Assembly (NCBI GenBank): GCA_003971905.1
Contig: RSEE01000022.1
Location: forward strand, 1-64,000
Source: Moniliella sp. 'wahieum'
Lineage: Eukaryota
Direction: 5' to 3'
DNA: 64,000 nucleotides
The position numbers were made by a program, and so were the translations under genes. The notes under the pieces are model-generated. The model was not told where the DNA came from, searched no databases, and worked only from the letters and a program-made list of their open reading frames with translations. Numbering within the stretch: the stretch's first letter is position 1; the number at the start of each line of letters is the position of its first letter. This document shows, piece by piece, positions 47,620-62,556 of the stretch.

Positions 47620-50600
47620 ACTTTAGACTGATTCCAAGCCACAAGTCAAATCAATCTCCCTGTTAGCAGCGACCCACACCCAAGCACAAACGAACGAGAA
47701 AACGTACAGGAAAACATGCCTGATCCACGGCCCCGCTTGCCGCCGAGGATGTAACAGACTGTCGTAGCCGCAAACAGCCCAACGCTCAGCCCAATCGCAC
47801 CGACAAGAGCGACTCGGCCACCTGGAAGCCGGATGAGATGGTAGAGGTAGCGGTCACGGTGGATTTATTGTCGTGGGTGTAGTTGGTGTTGGCAAAGTTC
47901 AGCAGGCCTCCCCCTGCCCAACCAGAGGGAAGGAGGTAGAGGATACCCGTACTGCCACAACAAACGATCGACCGTCAAAGATTGCACCATACACGGATGC
48001 TGTCACCCCCGATGCCAAGCTGCCCAACATGGCGGTAAAGTCCTGGCGGTTTTGCAGCGCCTTGCGTTTGCCACTAAAGTGGTTTACGCACCAACCCCCT
48101 ATCGCAATGATGGTCATGACGAAAAACTCCTTGCGGATCGGCTTGGCGTAGTTGCGCAACACGAAAGACAAATGGCGTACCCGGGCACACAAAGGAACGC
48201 GTAGTGGATCCCGATCGTCTTGAAGTACCAATGATCTCGGTCGTGCGATTTCTGGCACGTGGAATCACCCGAAGTGCAATGATCCGTCCCGAGATGAAGG
48301 TGTAGAGCACCGCGCCCACCGACAAGCCAAAGCCCTGGACCAAAGTTAGGACATGCGAGGGAAAAAGAAGGCATTATACAGATCGAAGCAGCAGGGACGT
48401 ACCAGGAAGAGACTGTACAAGAACCCATATCTAGCCGGACACTTCCCGAAATAATCGACTTGCTCTGAGTTCGAGCGAGCCTTGGAGGAAATGCATACCG
48501 GGTAGAATGAGCACAATGACGCAGGAGTGACGGCGGCATAGCAATCCCACTTCTGAGTTCTGGTAAGCCGCAGCAGCATGAACGAATTGATGCCAGCAAA
48601 GACGATTTCAAGACGTTGGAGAAGAGTTCAGCTTTGATCATCGACTGACACAAGACCAGGATGCCACCCAAGGGAAAGCATTATACAATCGACGAACTTC
48701 CATTGAAGCCCATCGGTCCTGCACAAATCATGCACTGCACAGGGCCCCAATGATTACCATCCAGAACCGGTTAATCAAGGGCTTGGAGCGCATCAATTCG
48801 TCGAGCTGTTTGCCAGCTTCATCCACTCCAATCTTGTCATGGATAACATTCCAATATGGAATGCATGTTCGGTCAGTTGGCTACCAAATGGGTCGCGTCA
48901 GCCTCCGTTTAACGTTACAGACACGATAGATCTACGAGGGGGGGGGGGGACATACAAATCGAGTAGACTGGGCTGTTTGATAAACCGGGTCCGACGTGTG
49001 CGTCATATCATCCGAGAAGAGACAAGCATTAGCGAAGGGATAGATGCAGCGGCAGTTGATCTCCAGCACCCGAGCGGTGGCTTGATCTGCGTCCTCGATG
49101 CGGTGGGTGGGGGCTCCAAACATCATCAGAGCACGAGCAAGCTTGAGCAAAAACTCCTGTCGTTGCAGGATGCGGCGACTGCAGAGTAATCTGTGGCATA
49201 CACACAAGCAACGTGTACCTGTGGGCATGCAACGCAGGCACGATCAACGTACAAAATCTCTTCCTTCTTGGTCCGCTTAGCGCGTTTGCCACCTGCCGCT
49301 GCCAGCGTTCCTTGTCCTGTTTGGCCAACTTTTGCTGGGAGCGCAGCTTATCCGCCACACTAGAACCAAAGTAGTCGCCCCCCTCAGATGCGTCCGGAGT
49401 GTGAGCACCGTGGGACAAGCGCCAATTACGGAAGTGGGCACCAGGCTTGGTGAAACTGGTAGTCGAAAGACTGCTTGAAGATACCATGGCGTGGATGGCC
49501 CTCTGCAGTGGGCGTGCTAGCCATGCTGTACCCCCCACCTTCAGTAGGAGAGCCGGGGGCCGCGGTCTGATCCCCCCCGGGAGTAGTAGCCCCTGAGCGT
49601 AACTTACTTCCCCCGGGGTGACGGCGCTTCCAGCACGCCCTCGACGCTGTTGAGGACTAGGTCCGGAAGCCTGGGCAATCAGCTTGGCTGTCCGACGCAT
49701 CGTTTTAGCATTCATCTCGGGTAGAAGATAGCGGTCCAGAGTGAAGCCAGGGCGGAAAGGATTCGGTCCCAGCTGTGCATGCAGGGGTGAGACGGCGCCG
49801 ACGAGGTTGCCCGCCGTGGCGACGAGCGCACCGGCCACGCCTGCCCCACTCCTAGCAGCACGTGGCCGTTCTTCCTTCTCGTATTCCATCCCAATGTCCT
49901 TGGCTGCGGTCGTCGCACGGCTTCGCGTCGCTCTGCCCATCTCGGACAGAGCATACTTTCCATCATCCCAATACTTCTCCGATGCGGCCCGCCGCCGGTT
50001 ATTCGTGCCCGACTCGCTCGGAGACATGGTTGATGTCGGAGAGGGCATCGCTGAGGAAGAGCGCGTGAATGGACGTCGTTTGATCCCGAATGGATTCCGA
50101 GGCACGCCGGGCGCCGTATCCCCCATTGAGGTGGAAGCTTTGGCTGTCCCCCCCAAGTCGGAAGAAGGGGCAGTGTGAGGTTCGGCACTGATTTCACTCC
50201 CGCCCCGCACTGGTTGGCCCGCAGCGGCCTGCATTGCCAACTTTTGCTCCCGCTGCTGCTGCTCATACAACATGAGCAGGTTACCCAACACGCCTCCCTG
50301 AGCCACAGGGCGAGCATCGAGTTTCGTGGCCGTATCATTCGCATCGGGCGTGGTAGCATTCGAGTCCGAAGGCAGATGATCCTGATTGATGGGCTTGTCG
50401 GGGTGCAGCATATCTCCTGCCGGCAGTGCGAAACGTCGGTGGCAGAGTTGTTGGCACTTTCTCCCCTCCAAGTCCCATCATTATCCGATGGCTCTTGACC
50501 AGCCTAGCAGCCTGGCGCTCGTATTTGGACGGTTTGGGTTTGCCGCCCGTCCACGGACGCCAGTGCTGGTCTCAACCGGGACTGACTTGAGGTTGGTAGG

Positions 50601-51740
50601 GCCTGTTTCTGCGCGCTCATCCGCTCGGCCTTCCTCCACTTTCTCTGTGTCCGAGTCATCTCCGTCGTCGCGCTTGATCTTCTTGAAAATAGAGACGGCT
50701 CGGTCCAAAGCCGACTTGACCCCCTCCTCCACTTTTTCGACATCCAAGCCAAGAATGGGAATTTCATGGCTTTCCTCCTTATGAGAGTGGCGGGAGGAGC
50801 AGGCATGCCATCCACCTCTCCCGGTAAGATGGGGACATGCTCCAAATCCGAGTCCTCCATCGGATTATAACTCCCCTCTGACGGCGTAGCCGTACCAGAA
50901 TTTTGACCCGAGACCGGAGCCGGCGGTTCCGTGAATGACAACTCAGGAGGGGCAGCCTCAGGGACTCTTCCCATCTCTGAGCCGGACGCATTACTGATAT
51001 GGTCCTCGTTCTCAATCTTCTCGAGCTCTTTACGCAACTCCACAATCGCCTGGCCGTTCAACCCTCGGTTGTCCAGCTCGCTTGCAGACAGGCCCGCCAG
51101 GGGGGGTTCAACGGGTTCTTCGGTATGCACATCCTGTTCACCCTGGGAAGGTGGGCTGGATGCCTCAGCAGAAGGATGCGTAGCTTGCACGGGCGCATCA
51201 GTAAGGTCACCTATGTTGTCGGTGCTGTGTTGGTCGGGGTTTTTTCCTTTCTTTCTCGTCAGCCGCCGGTTGCTGAGCCGGGGAGTGGGGTTGGTTGTAC
51301 CCGGGGATGCGGTTGGCCAGGCCTAGTGGGCCAGGATGGTTGCGCCGCCGCAAAGAGGGGCTAGGCAGTGCCGAATCGGCTGTCGAGGGCAGCGAGGCAT
51401 GCGGTTCGGCCTCTTCCGCCGCTGCCCGAGGGCCCCGAACGGTAACTGTGGGCCCACGGGAAGGGAACGGAGCGGGACGACTGGGAGCATATGAGGGGCT
51501 CAGGGCGTCGCCATCGCTGATGGCATGATGACTGAAGCGTACGCGGCGTGCTTCAGAGGCGCCGGGCGCAGAGGCAGAGGGGTTAGGAGTGCTGCCGGAC
51601 GCATGCTGGGCGGCGGAGACGGCTGATGGGAGGGGGGCAGGGTGGTCGTCGGTGCTGGCGAGCGAGTCGGTCTCGAGGATGGTGGGGGGCACGCCGTCTA
51701 CCGCCCTCGCGTCCGACGGATTGGCCAAGTAGGGGGGCAT
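47620..51740 (-). CDS. PRM10: Prm10-like ThrE/DUF1212 family membrane protein (multi-intron)
   Basis: Long disordered N-terminus with GGVLGNLLMLY and RPRAARSGAGVAGAL, then RQEFLLKLARALMMFGAPTHRIE, SKSIISGSVR, and a C-terminal GLSVGLFAA. Confidence 0.85.
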
Positions 51741-54297
51741 AGTATGGGAGGGGCAAGGTGGGAAATAGCGCTCCAATAAGAGCGTGCGAAGCGTGGAGGC
51801 AGGAGGGAGAGAAGAAGACGCGAGGCTATAACAATGCACCTTGGTGAGAAAAGCGAGGATGCACTGCGTGTGCTGCGTGTGCTGCGTGTGACATGCCTAA
51901 GGGCGCCACCGGCCACTGGCCACGGGGCAAACGCACTGGCGGGCCACTGGCCACCAGCCACCAGCCACTGGGCATGGCCGGCATGACCTCAGTGATGGTG
52001 ATGGCGATGGCGAAGGAGGCCGTCGGGCAAACACGACGATGACGTAGCTGGCCGTTCAAAGTTCAAACTCATTTAGCATGAAACGTGTGGGGCGGGCAGC
52101 GCAGGGGGCCAGTGTGGGTGGCTGCCCCATCACATACATCACATGCACCCGCGGCAGCGCAGCACCGCTGGAGTGCGCTGCTGCGCCCTGCCCGGTTTGA
52201 TCACCAAACACCTCGCAGGCCTCCTGTCTCTTCTCCTCTGCCCTGCCCCGAGCGACCCATGTGCCGTGCGCGCCGTCTCGGCAGCGATGAGCGCGATCGC
52301 TGAGCGCACAGTGCTCGTCGCATCTCACGATCGCCAGCCTCGCGTGCGGTGCCTGTGTGCGCTCTGCTTGAGCGCGGAGCCTGTGTTACATGCTACAGGA
52401 CAGCCTCATCGAACATCGAGATCATCCCCGTCAGTGAGGTTGCCCAGGGTGTTTTGCCCCCGTCTTTTGAGTGTGTCTCCTCATCTCATCACACTCTGCA
52501 TGTGATCCAATCTCGGACCGACGGCCTTCCTTGGCACGACGTTCATCGAGTGTTTCCGTTCAACACGTTCAACGTCTTCACCTACAACACTCGGTGCATT
52601 GCTGGATTTGGCCAACCAACACCTGGCCCTGTGTTTGTCTCTCGTATCGGGGGGCGTTTTTGCCCTCCATGGCGCCTCAGGCTGAGGCCTGCTGAGGCCT
52701 GAGGCTCGGCGCTCAGCGGCTCAGCGATGAAGCTCATCCATCATGAATCATTCATCTCGTACACTGCACCATTGAGGACAGATCACCACATGCCACGGAC
52801 GTGCATCCAAGCAGTGATGTTGTCAACTTGCTGACTCTCTCGCATGCATCGCAACTGCGCAAGCCGAAGCGGAGCCACGGAAACCCGGCACTTGAAATGG
52901 CGGCTTGTGTACTAGTGCGGCCCCATGCAGGGAAAGCAAAATGAAATCAGAGTATGTTGGTCTCTTCGTCTCCGTTTTGCCAAAAAATATGGTAACGTTT
53001 AAGTGCGGTGGTCTCTATGCTTCTATTCAATCCTGCCGCCTCATCGATCATCGACCATCGTATCAATTTTGCCACCCTTCACAAGCTTTACACATGTGCA
53101 TGATGTCTCCTTCGGGAAAGAGTTCTGAACGAAGTCGAGGTCTATGCCGCCGTACCTTTTGAGGCGGAAGAGTGTGAAGAATGAACTGTACCCTGGCCTG
53201 CATCGTTCTCGACGTCATGGAAAAGGGTTTGCTCTGGTACCTTTAAAAGAAAAGTGAGGAAAATAATTTCCCCCTTTCGTTGTTCGCTCAAAAGTCCTTA
53301 TGCTCAAGCATCAGAACCCCAAGACCTTGGAGTTTCATGTTACAGGAGCACGATGATCTAGATCTATGCATGTGGTCCACCTTTTCTTGTCACTTTCGTC
53401 ACCAACTGAAATGGGTATGTTAGTTGCGCCCACCACACGTTGAACTCTCCAGATTTTGAAGCCTACTTAGTACTTAACCCCCCTGAGTGATTCAGTCTGA
53501 ATCGTAATAAGGCGTGGCGCTTGAAGCTTGAACTTAAGGGCTATATACCATCTACAACGTAACAAGCACAGACATCACAATAACAACTCTCGATCCCTGA
53601 TGCATGTCCAACTTGGTTGTGCTCAGCAGAACGGAACCTACTCTGCGTCGGAGGGCCGACGACGTTACCCTCGTCCAGGGTTGTCCTCCCGCCGATTCGG
53701 CCGTTGTGGTATAGGAGAGGAATGAAGCAGTATGGCACAGGCACAACAGACACGGCTGATTCTGTGGTTTTCTGAAATCCTCGAACATTGCTCCAGGACA
53801 CCAGAGTAATGCCGCTGACGACAGAATCGCGTGCACGTGAGTTGAACGTTGACGGCCCATCGTGAGACGAGCGCGTCTACTAACCGGTGCCAATTAAGCC
53901 CAAGATGAACGTGTTGAACTACAACAACTTCAATGTTGAGTACGTTGAACTTCGACAGCACCCCAACTTATTCATACAACCTTCTACGCCGGCGAACGTT
54001 ATGTTATACGCACACTTTCCAGGTCTTGGCGCCCAACATGACGCCCCCACCGTCGCCGCTCGGGCCGGGGGTGGAGGCTCGACCAGAGGACCTATTCTAC
54101 CTGTCCCCTTAAGGCAAGCCAAAACCTTTTGAGGAAACAAGGGAGGTCGGTAGCAGACTGGCACTTGTAAGAACGCAGACGAGTACTAGCATACTATGTG
54201 GGGTATACTGAGCTTTCCATGGGGGTAAGCGTACAAGTACAATTAAGTGAATGGAGGCGGTGCCGGGCCAAGGAGAAGAGCTGCCGAGTGCTGAATC

Positions 54298-54787
54298 TTA
54301 CTTGGTGCTCGAGAACTTGGTCACCGACTTGGTGCCTTCCGAGATAGCGTGCTTGCTCAGTTCGCCGGGGAGGATAAGGCGCAGCAGTTTGAATTTCGCG
54401 CGACGAGATGGTCGACTTCTTGTTGTAAGACGCCAGCTTAGACGCTTCGGTAGCGATCCGTTCTGGATTGCCCAACACCCAGTCAGTCTCATGTGTGCAA
54501 CCGAGATCAAGCAGGGTAAGAGAGAATGACGTACCAAAAATGTCCGACACAAACGAATTGAGAATGGCCATGGCTTTGTTGGAGATACCAGTGTCAGGGT
54601 GGACTTGCTTGAGGACACGGTAGATGTAAGTAGAGTACGTCTCCTTGCGCACAGTGCGCGCCTTCTTCTTGCCACCTTCGACGGGCGACTTGGACGTCTT
54701 CTTGGCGGCAGTGGTCTTGGACGCGCTGGCCGGCGCCTTTCCGCCGGTGCTGTGGGGAGCCTTGGATGCAGTGGACTTGGGGGGCAT
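54298..54787 (-). CDS. HTB1: Histone H2B
   Basis: MPPK...[27 protein letters not shown]...[10 protein letters not shown]...[26 protein letters not shown]. One intron ~54461-54534. Confidence 0.98.
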
Positions 54788-55202
54788 GGTGGACAAGAGC
54801 GCAAGTGGGGCCTGAGGTAGGTGGTGAAGTGGCAGGGGTGGTCGCTCTTGTTCCCTTCCTGAACCCACGCCTTTTTATGCTGGGTGGCCCTGCGTCGCTC
54901 GGGGCTGTTGGCCGTGCGCGCGCGCGTTGGCTGAAGGGTTTTGATGCGCATCAATACTCTTCGGCGTAACCCAACGGGCACCACGCCAGTGTCATGACCC
55001 ACAACAGTTTCAACAGTGACCCTGTCTCATGATTCTGGTGCGCACCATAATTCCTACCTTCTGGATCCGCCATCCCGCTTCAGCCTCAACGGACTGCAGC
55101 TGAATATATAAGAGTGCATCTGGGCTGCCACTGGCTTACCTTCCTCCATCAACGCCTTCCTCTTTCCATTCTACCTCTCCCCCCAACCTTAAACAAAGCA
55201 TC
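54788..55202. promoter_or_regulatory. Bidirectional H2A/H2B promoter
   Basis: About 415 bp between divergent ATGs. TATA-like elements on both strands (ATAAAAAG on minus at ~54871-54878; TATATAA on plus at ~55105). Confidence 0.7.
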
Positions 55203-55759
<557 letters not shown>

Positions 55760-57389
55760 TAGGACTCTAATAACGCCATGTTTTGAGCAATTCCAATTGC
55801 GTGGCTGTAGGCGACATTTCCCCTGCTTCGAGAATCCATGAAGGGGTGCATAGTCTGCGTAGGAGCAACCGAACTACGCGCACAGCACGAAACGGAGCTG
55901 ACGAGAAGGGACTTGTAGAAGGGGGTGCTAGAGTGAGGAGCCCACAGGATCGGGTGCAGTTTAGCGTTCAGCTAAGGCGAAAAGATTAAAAGCAGCGAGC
56001 CCAAAAGCCTTTAAGCACGTTTGAAGAGAAGAAGATGATAAGGGAGATGGAGATGGGGTGATGCAAACAGGGGCTAGACCTCCTGCGACTAGAGCGGAAC
56101 CCTTCTCCCTAGTAAGCAAGCGCGTTAACCGATCAATTTGAGGTCCGTGTGCAAGGAAACCCCAGGGCCACCCTCATTGTGCACAGTACGTGATGAGACC
56201 TGGAGTCCTGATGGCCCTCAAGGGTGGTGCAATCGCACTAGTGGTGGCGGCGGTCGTGGCGGTCGTGGCGGTGGCGGTCGAAGCCAAGCCGCAATACCTA
56301 CAGAGGGACATCACGCAGCCAGTCGTCACCAAGGGGTAGGCTGCGGAACAAGGAAAACAGAAGCGAGAAAACAACGGAACTCCTAGGCCTCAGGAGGGTC
56401 GTTGGCCAAAACGCACCACCTACCCGGCGACTCAACACAGCGGACACAGGTGGCACCAGCAGGCTCCTCACCAACCAGCTGGTCACTCAGTCCACCCGCC
56501 CATGCAGCTCATGTCGGCGATGGCTGAAATCAGGACTTCTTATTGCCAGTCTTTCACCCATCGCACAAACACGCCCAAGCTTTCCTGTGCTATGTGTGAG
56601 CAGGCGGGACAGCTCATCTGGTCTGGTGTATGTAGCTGGCCGGAGGCATCTCGATGGTCACATTCGATTACCCTCTCCTGATCGAGTCATCGGCCATGAT
56701 GCTCATCATGGGCTGTAGACGTGCAGCTTGAACGCAAGCTCAGGGGTACCACTGGGGTACCCGCCGTGCCGGCCCCGTAGCGGCCGGGAATAGCCGAAGC
56801 GGCCGATCGTCGCGGGCAGGGGCTATGCGATGGCAGAACGAGGGAGAAGGAGAGGAGGAGGGCAAGCGTGTGGAGGCACCTCGATTGGGGCGAGGCGGGC
56901 GAGGCGGTGGCGGTGGAGGCGGCGGAGGCGGTGGAGGCGCGGCGCGGCGCCGTGTGGGCGCTGGCGCTGAGGATCGAGCAGGCCCGGCCAAGCCAGGCCC
57001 AGACGGCACGGGTTCCGGGGATGGCACATGTCAGCCAGAATATCCTAATCTCGTCCCGCACCTCCTCCTGCCGGACACGGACACAGGCGCCGTGCTGGGC
57101 AGGTCGTCGACGAACATGTGGCGCTTAATCCGATCTTTTTTTTCCGCATCGGCACGCATCGGCTCGGCGGGTGATTAATGCCTCGATTAATTTAGCGGCA
57201 GTGGCCAGGGAGGCGCATCTAAGCCCAAGCCATGGAAGGCAGCCTGCGCTGCGCCGCCGCCCCAACCACCTCCACCTCCACCTCCACCTCGCCTCTTCCA
57301 CGCCTCTTCCACCTCCTCTGCCCCCCCTCCCCGGCCGCGCCCCGCTCGCCTCTCCCCCCCCCCCCCCTCACGCCCACCCCCAGCGTAAC

Positions 57390-58106
57390 ATGCCTTCTCC
57401 CCCCCCGGCCGCAGCAGCCCGCATGCGGCCTACAACGCGGGATCGCAAGCTGGCTGTGCTGGGCAGCCGAAACGTCGGCAAATCCTCCCTCGTGGTGCGG
57501 TATGTGGAGGGGGTGTTTGTCGACAGCTACTACCCCACCGTCGAGGGTACCTTCACCAAGGACATCCGCTTCCATCAGCAAGTGTACCCGTGCCACATTA
57601 TCGACACGGCAGGCCAAGACGAATTTTCGTTGCTGTATTCGCACCATGCCGAGGGCATTCAAGGCTTTTTGATTGTCTTTGCCCTCAACAGCCGCGCCTC
57701 CTTTGACATTGCCCCCGCCATCTGCGCAAAATCTCCGAACGTACCGGTCTGGAGTCCCTCCCCGCCGTGCTGGTTGGACAAAAATCCGACCTGCACCAGC
57801 AGCGCAAGGTATCGCGGGAAGAAGGGAAGAAAATGGCCCGAGAACTGGGCCTGCCGTACATTGAAACGTCCGCACGACACGGAACGAATGTTGGTACGTC
57901 TGTCCGCCTTCCCCTTTGGGCCTCGGTGCAGCGCGCTGCCTCCGAGCGCAGAACCTCGAGATGCGGGACAGGCAGAACTGACCTTATCTCAACCCGCAGA
58001 CCAAGTGTTCCAACTACTGCTTGAGCAAACAGAGAAGCATCTTCAGCCCCAGCCAACACTGCCGGCACCAAGCACGAAGGAAGAGAGCGCATGCAACGTG
58101 ATGTGA
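57390..58106 (+). CDS. RHB1: Rheb small GTPase
   Basis: G1 LGSRNVGKSS (Rheb-type Arg), effector DSYYPTVE, DTAGQDEFS, ETSA, CaaX CNVM. Intron ~57894-57999. Confidence 0.93.
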   Translation: MPSPPPAAAARMRPTTRDRKLAVLGSRNVGKSSLVVRYVEGVFVDSYYPTVEGTFTKDIRFHQQVYPCHIIDTAGQDEFSLLYSHHAEGIQGFLIVFALNSRASFDIAPAICAKSPNVPVWSPSPPCWLDKNPTCTSSARYRGKKGRKWPENWACRTLKRPHDTERMLVRLSAFPFGPRCSALPPSAEPRDAGQAELTLSQPADQVFQLLLEQTEKHLQPQPTLPAPSTKEESACNVM

Positions 58107-61100
58107 TCTTTTCAGCCGAGAGCTCTTTGCCTACTTGGACCGAACGCCGGTAACCCCCGCCTTCTGCCTGAGTTCTCCCCGTAGAGTTGGCCGTCCCGTT
58201 CGGAGCTAGCTGCGTGCGCGTGCTACCCTCCTGCCACTCGCTTGACTTAATCGACCGACCCCCTTGGACCTGCGACTGTACACTAGCGACCCTCTCCTAC
58301 TCCTTTCGGGGTTCTGGTCAAGGGGGAGGGAGCGGATTCGGTTTCGACCGAAACGGCTCCATCCCCCACTGCGTTATGTGTCCTGCTTCTCTGCGATCTC
58401 ACGAGAGGCATGGATTCTTGTTGTTAATACACCCCTTTCCGAGTCCCGGACGCGCCATGGGCGCAGGCACAGACACAAGCCGTGTCCCTTGTCCCTGGTC
58501 CTTTTGGGCCGCCGGTGCCCCTCCCGCACCTTCCTCACATCTCAGCGAACTGAGCCAGCGTTGCTCTCCTCTCCCCTCCTCCAATATTATCTCGGCAGTA
58601 GCCTTTTTGGGCTTCATGGCGGAGGGCTGCGGCGTGCGGAGTATACTAGGCACGTGGGGTGGGTCCTATAGGCGACCAAAATGGGTGGGGTGGGGTTGGT
58701 CGGACGCTGTATGTCGTGCACCACTTGCCACTTTCCTTTGTTCACCTGTACGTACAACCTAGCCTCTCCACTGCTGAAAGCGGCTGAACCCCCGGTGGCT
58801 CATGCTTCGGGGCAAAAGGTCCAAGTTCCTTCACCGCCTTCAGCCCCTCCTCAGGTCTGGGAGCTCCGATGTTTTCCCACGATTCGGTTTTCCCATTGAT
58901 CCGCAACCACACCCGGGGGGGCCGTCGGACGGTTGGCGATGTGCTGTGGCAAAAAAAGTGTCGTCAGTTGACTGGTTTAGTAGACCACCCCTCTACCACC
59001 GCTCTCACTCTCGTTACCCATCAAGTTGCAAAGTCGCTTTCCCGGCCTCCCTGCCGCCTGTCTCGATATGGCCCTTCGGATGCAGCGAACACACAGCACC
59101 GCGCTACCGACTTGGTCCACGGCAAGGGGAGGGAGGGAGGGGGGGGGGCAGGGCATTAGTGCATCAAGGCCAACACGGAGAAGGGAAGAGTGTGGATAAT
59201 TCAGCTCAACCGCACCGACGTGTTTCGCTCTCCTATATGTGCTCTGCAGTCCTCCGAGCTCCGAACGCCGGGTCTCCAACAATTCCTTCCTCCCTCTTAA
59301 CCGCACGTGGAACCAAATACCAAAGGCTCTGGGTTCCGGGTGGTGCTAGAATCGAAGCGCCTTTGCTACTGGCGGACTTCATATGTCACTGCAAACATAA
59401 AAGGTACAGCAACTATTGCGCGGTATACAGAAGAACAGGCAGATATGCGACAGAGTCCGTCCGCCTTGTTGGGCGCGTTAGGACAGTTCCCTCAATTGCT
59501 CCAAATGTAAGAGCATCTTAGGCTACGTACAACAGGGACCTATCCTGGAGCGGAGACCACCGCCGCAATAATGATCCCCCTTGCGGGTACATGTACCCTA
59601 ATAGTGGCCAAAGTGTGTGGCATCAGAGGATCGGTGTGCAGTCGCTAGTCATGATGAGGCATACATGTGCATGATGGTGCGTATGATTTACCCCCTCTAT
59701 ACTACCACCCAACACATGTATGGTCGCACCATGATCTGCATGATCCGTAGGGTAATAGGGAGGATATGGGAATGTTGCCCGGAAAAGTGAGCCCCCCGTG
59801 AACAGCCGGAGACCTTCTATCACGGGGGGGAGCGAAGACTAAGTCGCCAGGCACAGCCACCTCCACTATATTATCGTTACTCTCGCTTGACGGTTTCCTT
59901 CCCTATGACTACTATCAAGTTCTCCACCATATCTTTCGCTATCGCACGCTATCGTGACTCGGTTTCTCGGCCATATCTATGTACAAAAACCCACAACAAC
60001 CGTCTCTTCTTCGTCTCAGGCTCGTCTATAAACTGCAAACCTACACATATGGTTTCGACTCGGTTTCTCGCCTCTCGTTTCTCATTTTGAGTCCGTTTTC
60101 CCCTTAACTCTCGCCTCGTCTCTCGCCTCGTGCCTTTTTGGTGCTTTTCGTGCTTGGTCCACATTTCTCCCCCTTGATTCATTTCCCCTTTATACCGCAG
60201 ACCTTTTATATAGTCTTTCCTCTGTTCCCCTTCTCTTCTATAAACCGTTCCTGTTCTTATATTCCAATTGTGATGGGACCCACCAAGCCTCCCATCTCCC
60301 CTTTCCCTCTCTCCTTCTACGTACTCCACTCTAAAAGAACCGTCCTTTAAATCAGCTCGCTCTCCCTCCCTGGCCCATCGGAGCTCCCCGCTTTCATGTC
60401 CGGCTCCTAACGTGCAACTTCCTTCTCCGACGCTCCCTGGCTGTGTCCGACGATGTCTAGCAAATCAATGCTCGCGACCATTTTGTGTTCACGCCAGTGT
60501 TCTTTCGACTTTGGATATGAAACGTGTTCAGTCCTTCGTCAGGCTTTTGTCTCCGATATGGACACAGGGAAGGTATCTCATTCTGGGAAGCCAGCAACGC
60601 AGTCACACCCTAAATGGCCTGCGTATTGATGGTCAGAATAATGTTTTAGCAAAAAGGGTGGTACACTATGTGCTCTCGACATACTTGTGCATATTATCTC
60701 TGTCGTCTATAGTAGTATCATCCATAATAACAGAAAAAGAACCGCATCCACGGTGGGTGTGTATGTCGTTCGTCGGCAATGACAAGCAATCAAAAATCTC
60801 TCAAACCCGAATGGTCTTCAAGTGGAAACATAGATCCTCGCCATGGCGCATCACAGGAGGGTATGGACGTACTCGCTGGACCGCACACACCGTTAGCATG
60901 TGTATGCATTCCATTACATATAATGCAGCACACTGTCCTATAGCTATCCATCTTCTCTTCACTGAAAGTATATCTCTACTTCGAGTGTTTTTCATGGCAT
61001 TTTCATAACAAGAGGGTAATATGCTACAGCCGGGAACTGAAGGTTATACAAGGCAAGAAGGCTTATAAGAACCAGAGTCGAGGCTACATTCTATGGATAG

Positions 61101-62342
61101 AAAATGTAGCAATCGATCGTGGGGAAAACAGAGACAGGAACGAGATCAGTCGATATATGGCAGTATTGTACATGAAGAAAGAAGTGCATCCGCCGAACCT
61201 GGTAAGCTTTCTTGGTTTTGTGGTGCGGTCTCCGATTCAACACAAAAGCTCTTGAAACGAAAGTATGTATGCCATCATATGATGCTTCTCAATCGGGCCA
61301 TTATGATCGTCTGCGAAAGATCACTTAGTCCATACATGAGAGCATCGGAAAGGCATTACGCTCTATCGTTTCGCGCATGACAATGGGTGCGATTCATCGT
61401 CCTTAGTATATGGTTTTCATGTTCCCTCTCTCATCTCATCATCTTCACATGGTATATTCACCGTGAGAGAATCTGAAAATGTTGCTGTAAGTGCTTACCA
61501 GTGCTAGGCTGTGCGCTTTAGCTTCTTCCTCTTTTTATACAAGAAAAAGACCCCGTCCAACATTCGGCACACATTAGACCTCTGTCAGATCGCCAAGAGC
61601 AGTTGAAGACGATCACACATTCGATTGCAGTATTAAGAGTAAAAAAGAGCGCCGTCTCAGCATGCAGTTTTGTAGTATAAACCGACAACCACTGAAGGAA
61701 GCATTGCACCCAAAATGTCGATGGGACGGGGAGGAGATGTGAGTGGCACTTTTAGCTGCGCCACACAGGTTCGTTCATTGAATTTGTGAGTGGTGCAGAG
61801 AGTTGTGTGTTCAACTGAACTGTAAGCGCTAAGCCAGGGTATATAACTGTGAAGCAGCGTTCAACGTTTAACTCAACCCTCCGTGTTGGCCCTAAAGGCG
61901 TGAAGCTTGAAGCTTGAAGGTTGAACGACCTCTTCGTCGTCGCATACTGTACACGTGAAAGGCAAGCACATAATATGAGCGTTGGGCCATTTGCTCTCTG
62001 CGTGATGCTACGCGCTGTGACATGTGATGCGGGGTGGTGGGTGTGACATGTGAGGTGCATGTGACATGTGAGGCCTCACCGGCACCTGGCCTGAGGCCTG
62101 AGGCTCAGGTCTCATTCTGCGGCTTTGGGGCAGAGTGCAGCTGGTTAGGCTCCCTCTTCGTGTATTAGGTGGTGCCAGAATTATCTTTCTCGCTAAGGTG
62201 GCGACGGGGAACAGTGGCTAAGGTGACCGGTGATGGCGAAGGGGAATGGAGCTGACCGGGCCGTAGGCCGGTGGTCTCCTCTGTGACATGTGAGATGATC
62301 GATGTCGATGAGGGCGATCATGTGGTCGACGTGCAAGAGAAC

Positions 62343-62556
62343 TTAACGTTTAACGTTTAACGTTTAACGCAGCACAAACTCTAGAACAAAAATATTGGAG
62401 CGATGCATAGGTTCATTCGTCGTCCCCTAGTAGTACTCCCAAGTGTGTTGAACGCGTTTATTGCGTGAACGCGTGAACGTAAAACGTTAAAACGTTAAAC
62501 ACGTTAAACGTTGAAGCTTGAAGCTTGACTAGCTTGACTAGTGACTAGTGACTAAT
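62343..62556. repeat. Arrays of short palindrome-containing repeats (TTAACGT, TGAAGCT, TGACTAG)
   Basis: ttaacgtttaacgtttaacgtttaacg; aacgttaaaacgttaaacacgttaaacgttgaagcttgaagcttgactagcttgactagtgactagtgac. Confidence 0.85.
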
